Shown: positions 61,534-64,000 of the stretch, one piece after another
Numbering within the stretch: the stretch's first letter is position 1
How the letters are laid out: the number at the start of each line of letters is the position of its first letter
NCBI GenBank assembly: GCA_963840855.1
Contig: CAWJBB010000081.1
Coordinates: 11,367-75,366 of the forward strand
Direction: 5' to 3'
DNA from: an uncultured delta proteobacterium
GTDB taxonomy: Bacteria; Desulfobacterota; Binatia; UBA9968
Length of the DNA: 64,000 nt
Translations under genes and position numbers: made by a program
The notes under the pieces: model-generated
What the model was told of the DNA's origin: nothing
Databases searched by the model: none
The model's input: only the letters and a program-made list of their open reading frames with translations

Positions 61534-61889
61534 AGGACGCTCGTTGAGCGAATGAGATTCTCCGCTTTGATTTTAATCACCGACCAAACGGGCGGTAGGA
61601 ACCCTCATTTTTGAGAGCACCTTGGCGGCTAAAGTGTTTACGTACAGAGACATTAAATCATGGCGATCGAATTGCGCAAGGCCATGAGACTGACAACTCC
61701 CAAGATAATCGGCGCGTGGCTTCTAATAATTCCTTTCAAGACTTTCCTCAATTGCCACCTACTGGCTTGATTCCCTCGCTCTTGTCGGCGCCCTCCGCGG
61801 TAAAATCGCCGAATTCTTCTCTGAGCTCCGGGACCGAAGCACTGAGGAGAGACTGCCAAAAGATCAGACGGACGGGCTGCTGGAATTTT

Positions 61890-62957
61890 TTAATTGGGAA
61901 GACCCTCGACGCCCAAGTCAAACGCTAAATGCTGCAGATCCTTGAAAAGGGTATCATTCATCGGAATCCCGGTGGCGCTTCGCTCGAGCCATGTCGCATG
62001 ACTCTGCTCGCCTGGGAGTCGAATACGTTCCACGCCAGACATCTTCCTCGAATTCCTCATCTCACGGATGACCTGGTCCACGTTGCGCTTAAATGTTTCA
62101 ACGGGTGAAAAGCGCGAGACATCAAGTGCCACGATCGCTTGACCGGTATTCGTCGGAGTCTTGTCGTCTTTGTTGAAATCAATCACATCACGCCCAAACG
62201 CGGCGCTGTTCAGCGTCCCGGCTAACAGACCAAAGACCAGGGCAAGGCCATAACCTTTGTAACCGCCGATGGGAAGTAGGAAGCCCTCTTCAGCTCGTCG
62301 CGGGTCAGTCAAAGACCTGCCGAACGCGTCAATCATCCAGCCTTCAGGCATCGTCTCACCACGTTGAGCTTTTGTCTTGACTTTGCCGTAAGCGGTCACG
62401 CTGGTGGCGATGTCCAGAACGATCGGCGCCTCTTCCAAAGCCGGTACGGCAAAGGCGATCGGGTTGGTGCTGAGAAGCAGATCGAGCCCGCCCCACGGCG
62501 GCATATGATTGGCACTGCCGACCGCCAGGTAGATCCCGATCATATTTTTCTCCAGCGGCATCATCGCATAGAGCGCTGCCGGCCCCGCGTGATTGCTCTG
62601 GCGCGCGCCAACCCAAGCGACCCCTACGCGCCGAGCCTTCTCGATGGCGACCTTGGCGGCAAACTGCATCACTAAATGGCCCATGCCGTTGTCGCCGTCG
62701 ACCAGGGCCGTCGCTTCCGTCTCTTGCGTCACGCAGATGTTCGGCCGCACGTTCATTCCTCCAGCTCTGATGCGGCGAACGTATTGCGGCAAACGGAAAA
62801 TGCCGTGGCCGTCAGAGCCGCGCAGATCGGCCAGGATCATCAGCCGCGCGACCTGCCCAGCATCCGACGCAGGCAAACCGACCTTTGTTAGCACGCGCGC
62901 AACGAAGGCTTCGAGAACGCTCGAATGGAATCGACGCTCAGCTGGAGTTTGGGTCAT
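61890..62957 (-). CDS. Ldh_2 family (malate/L-lactate/sulfolactate-type) dehydrogenase
   Basis: ADLRG..GHG, DGDNGMG, SNHAG, TNPIAF, GGYKGYGL and RLPGE motifs. Confidence 0.9.
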   Translation of the reverse strand: MTQTPAERRFHSSVLEAFVARVLTKVGLPASDAGQVARLMILADLRGSDGHGIFRLPQYVRRIRAGGMNVRPNICVTQETEATALVDGDNGMGHLVMQFAAKVAIEKARRVGVAWVGARQSNHAGPAALYAMMPLEKNMIGIYLAVGSANHMPPWGGLDLLLSTNPIAFAVPALEEAPIVLDIATSVTAYGKVKTKAQRGETMPEGWMIDAFGRSLTDPRRAEEGFLLPIGGYKGYGLALVFGLLAGTLNSAAFGRDVIDFNKDDKTPTNTGQAIVALDVSRFSPVETFKRNVDQVIREMRNSRKMSGVERIRLPGEQSHATWLERSATGIPMNDTLFKDLQHLAFDLGVEGLPN

Positions 62958-63186
62958 GATGGGTTCAAATCGTTCAACCGCTCCGCTCCGTTTAACCGCT
63001 GCGCTCAGTTTCAACCGTTTAAACGGTTTGAACGTATTGAACGGTTGGACTGTAATAGCTCTTCTTGAAAAACGCGGCCTGTGCGGTGAATCTAACAGCG
63101 GCTTCGCGGGTCCGTCAAGCTAGACATTCGACCCGCCTTGCAGTATTGGGAGAATCAAACCGACCGCGAGAATAGGAGGAATAAAA

Positions 63187-63594
63187 ATGCCTTTTTACAA
63201 AATTGCCGAGATGCAAAAAAATCCCGCTACGGCAAACCCACAGCAGTTCGTTCAAACCGCTGTTGGCGAATTCATGAAGGCGGGAATCGTGACCAAGCCG
63301 GACGAGGAAGGCCCGCCGCTTCACATGCACCCAAACGAGGAACAATTCACTCTGGTCATTGAGGGGAAGCTTCACTTTGTCCTCGGTGACGAAGAGCGTA
63401 TCTGCGAGGCAGGAGACTTGATCCATATTCCTCGCTTTACCAACCATAGAAGCCGCGCCATCGGCGGCCCAGCGGTTTTCTTTACGGTGAAGAGTCCCGC
63501 GGGCGACGGCGATTTAGATCAGGACTACAACAAGGCAGAGGGTGCCGAAGAAGCGGAGAAGCGCTTCGAGGAGGCCAAAAGAAAAAATTTATAA
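63187..63594 (+). CDS. Cupin domain protein
   Basis: HMHPNEEQ and GDLIHIPRFTNH motifs; AGGAGG RBS. Confidence 0.88.
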   Translation: MPFYKIAEMQKNPATANPQQFVQTAVGEFMKAGIVTKPDEEGPPLHMHPNEEQFTLVIEGKLHFVLGDEERICEAGDLIHIPRFTNHRSRAIGGPAVFFTVKSPAGDGDLDQDYNKAEGAEEAEKRFEEAKRKNL

Positions 63595-63674
63595 GCAAGC
63601 GCCTGTAACAACAGTCGCCGCTCCGATCAGAGTTTTCGCTGACTCGCGCCGATTAGTTTTGTTCCTTCTTCCCT

Positions 63675-63940
63675 GAGACTGTGTCGCAATACCGTTCATG
63701 GTTCGAGAGCCTCACCACGAACGGTATTGCCTAATCGTAAATTCAAGTACTTACCCGTTCGCCCTGACCCCTCGACAGGCTCGGGACTAAAGGCTGTCGG
63801 GGGGCCCGCCCTGAGGCCCCTCGGGTCGAAGGGCTCCGAGTGAATTGCGATACTGTCTCCCTTGCGGGAGAAGGCTAGGATGAGGGGTAGTTCAATTTTC
63901 ACCCTCACCTCATTCCTCTCCCGTCGAGGGAGAGGAGGTA
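63675..63940. repeat. MITE/REP cluster
   Basis: GAGACTGTGTCGCAAT and ATTGCGATACTGTCTC inverted ends (63675-63859), with nested CCGTTC/GAACGG and CCCTGA..TCGA palindromes. Followed by CTCCC..GGGAGA repeats also seen at ~2385-2416. Confidence 0.65.
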
Positions 63941-64000
63941 GAGATCGCACGGTGAGTGCCAATGTGTCAGCAAACTTCAGCCGGTGAGGACTTCGCGGTT

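Overview
GC-rich bacterial chromosomal segment. Gene content and dense intergenic repeats resemble Candidatus Binatia (Deltaproteobacteria-like); this is an inference. Contents in order: the 3' part of prfB; an ArsM-like/ArsS 'rSAM-selenodomain' (arsenosugar-type) cluster; a complete pentose-phosphate operon (tkt, rpiB, tal-pgi, gnd, zwf, glk, pgl); a patch of gene remnants around a Uma2 nuclease; a UGA-recoded UxxC peroxiredoxin-like selenoprotein; housekeeping genes (thyX, hemW, moaBDE, glmUS, galT, rlmE, coxSMG-like, tenA, frmA, pyrD); an ECF sigma/anti-sigma pair; an IS110 element; tRNA-Gly(CCC); two paralogous uncharacterised proteins; a GH13 enzyme, an Ldh_2 dehydrogenase and a cupin. 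Three signals stand out. (1) The non-coding left end of the IS110 element reads base by base as a bridge RNA: target and donor guides, handshake bases, a CT core and a promoter formed at the circle junction. It is programmed against a REP-like repeat that itself sits inside a MITE. (2) Behind the tRNA lies a pair of full-length paralogues with a sigma54-type promoter; they look like a possible two-component pore-forming system. (3) The hidden selenoprotein has a SECIS-like hairpin. Several genes carry single-base frameshifts, which suggests sequencing or assembly indels, so pseudogene calls are tentative.
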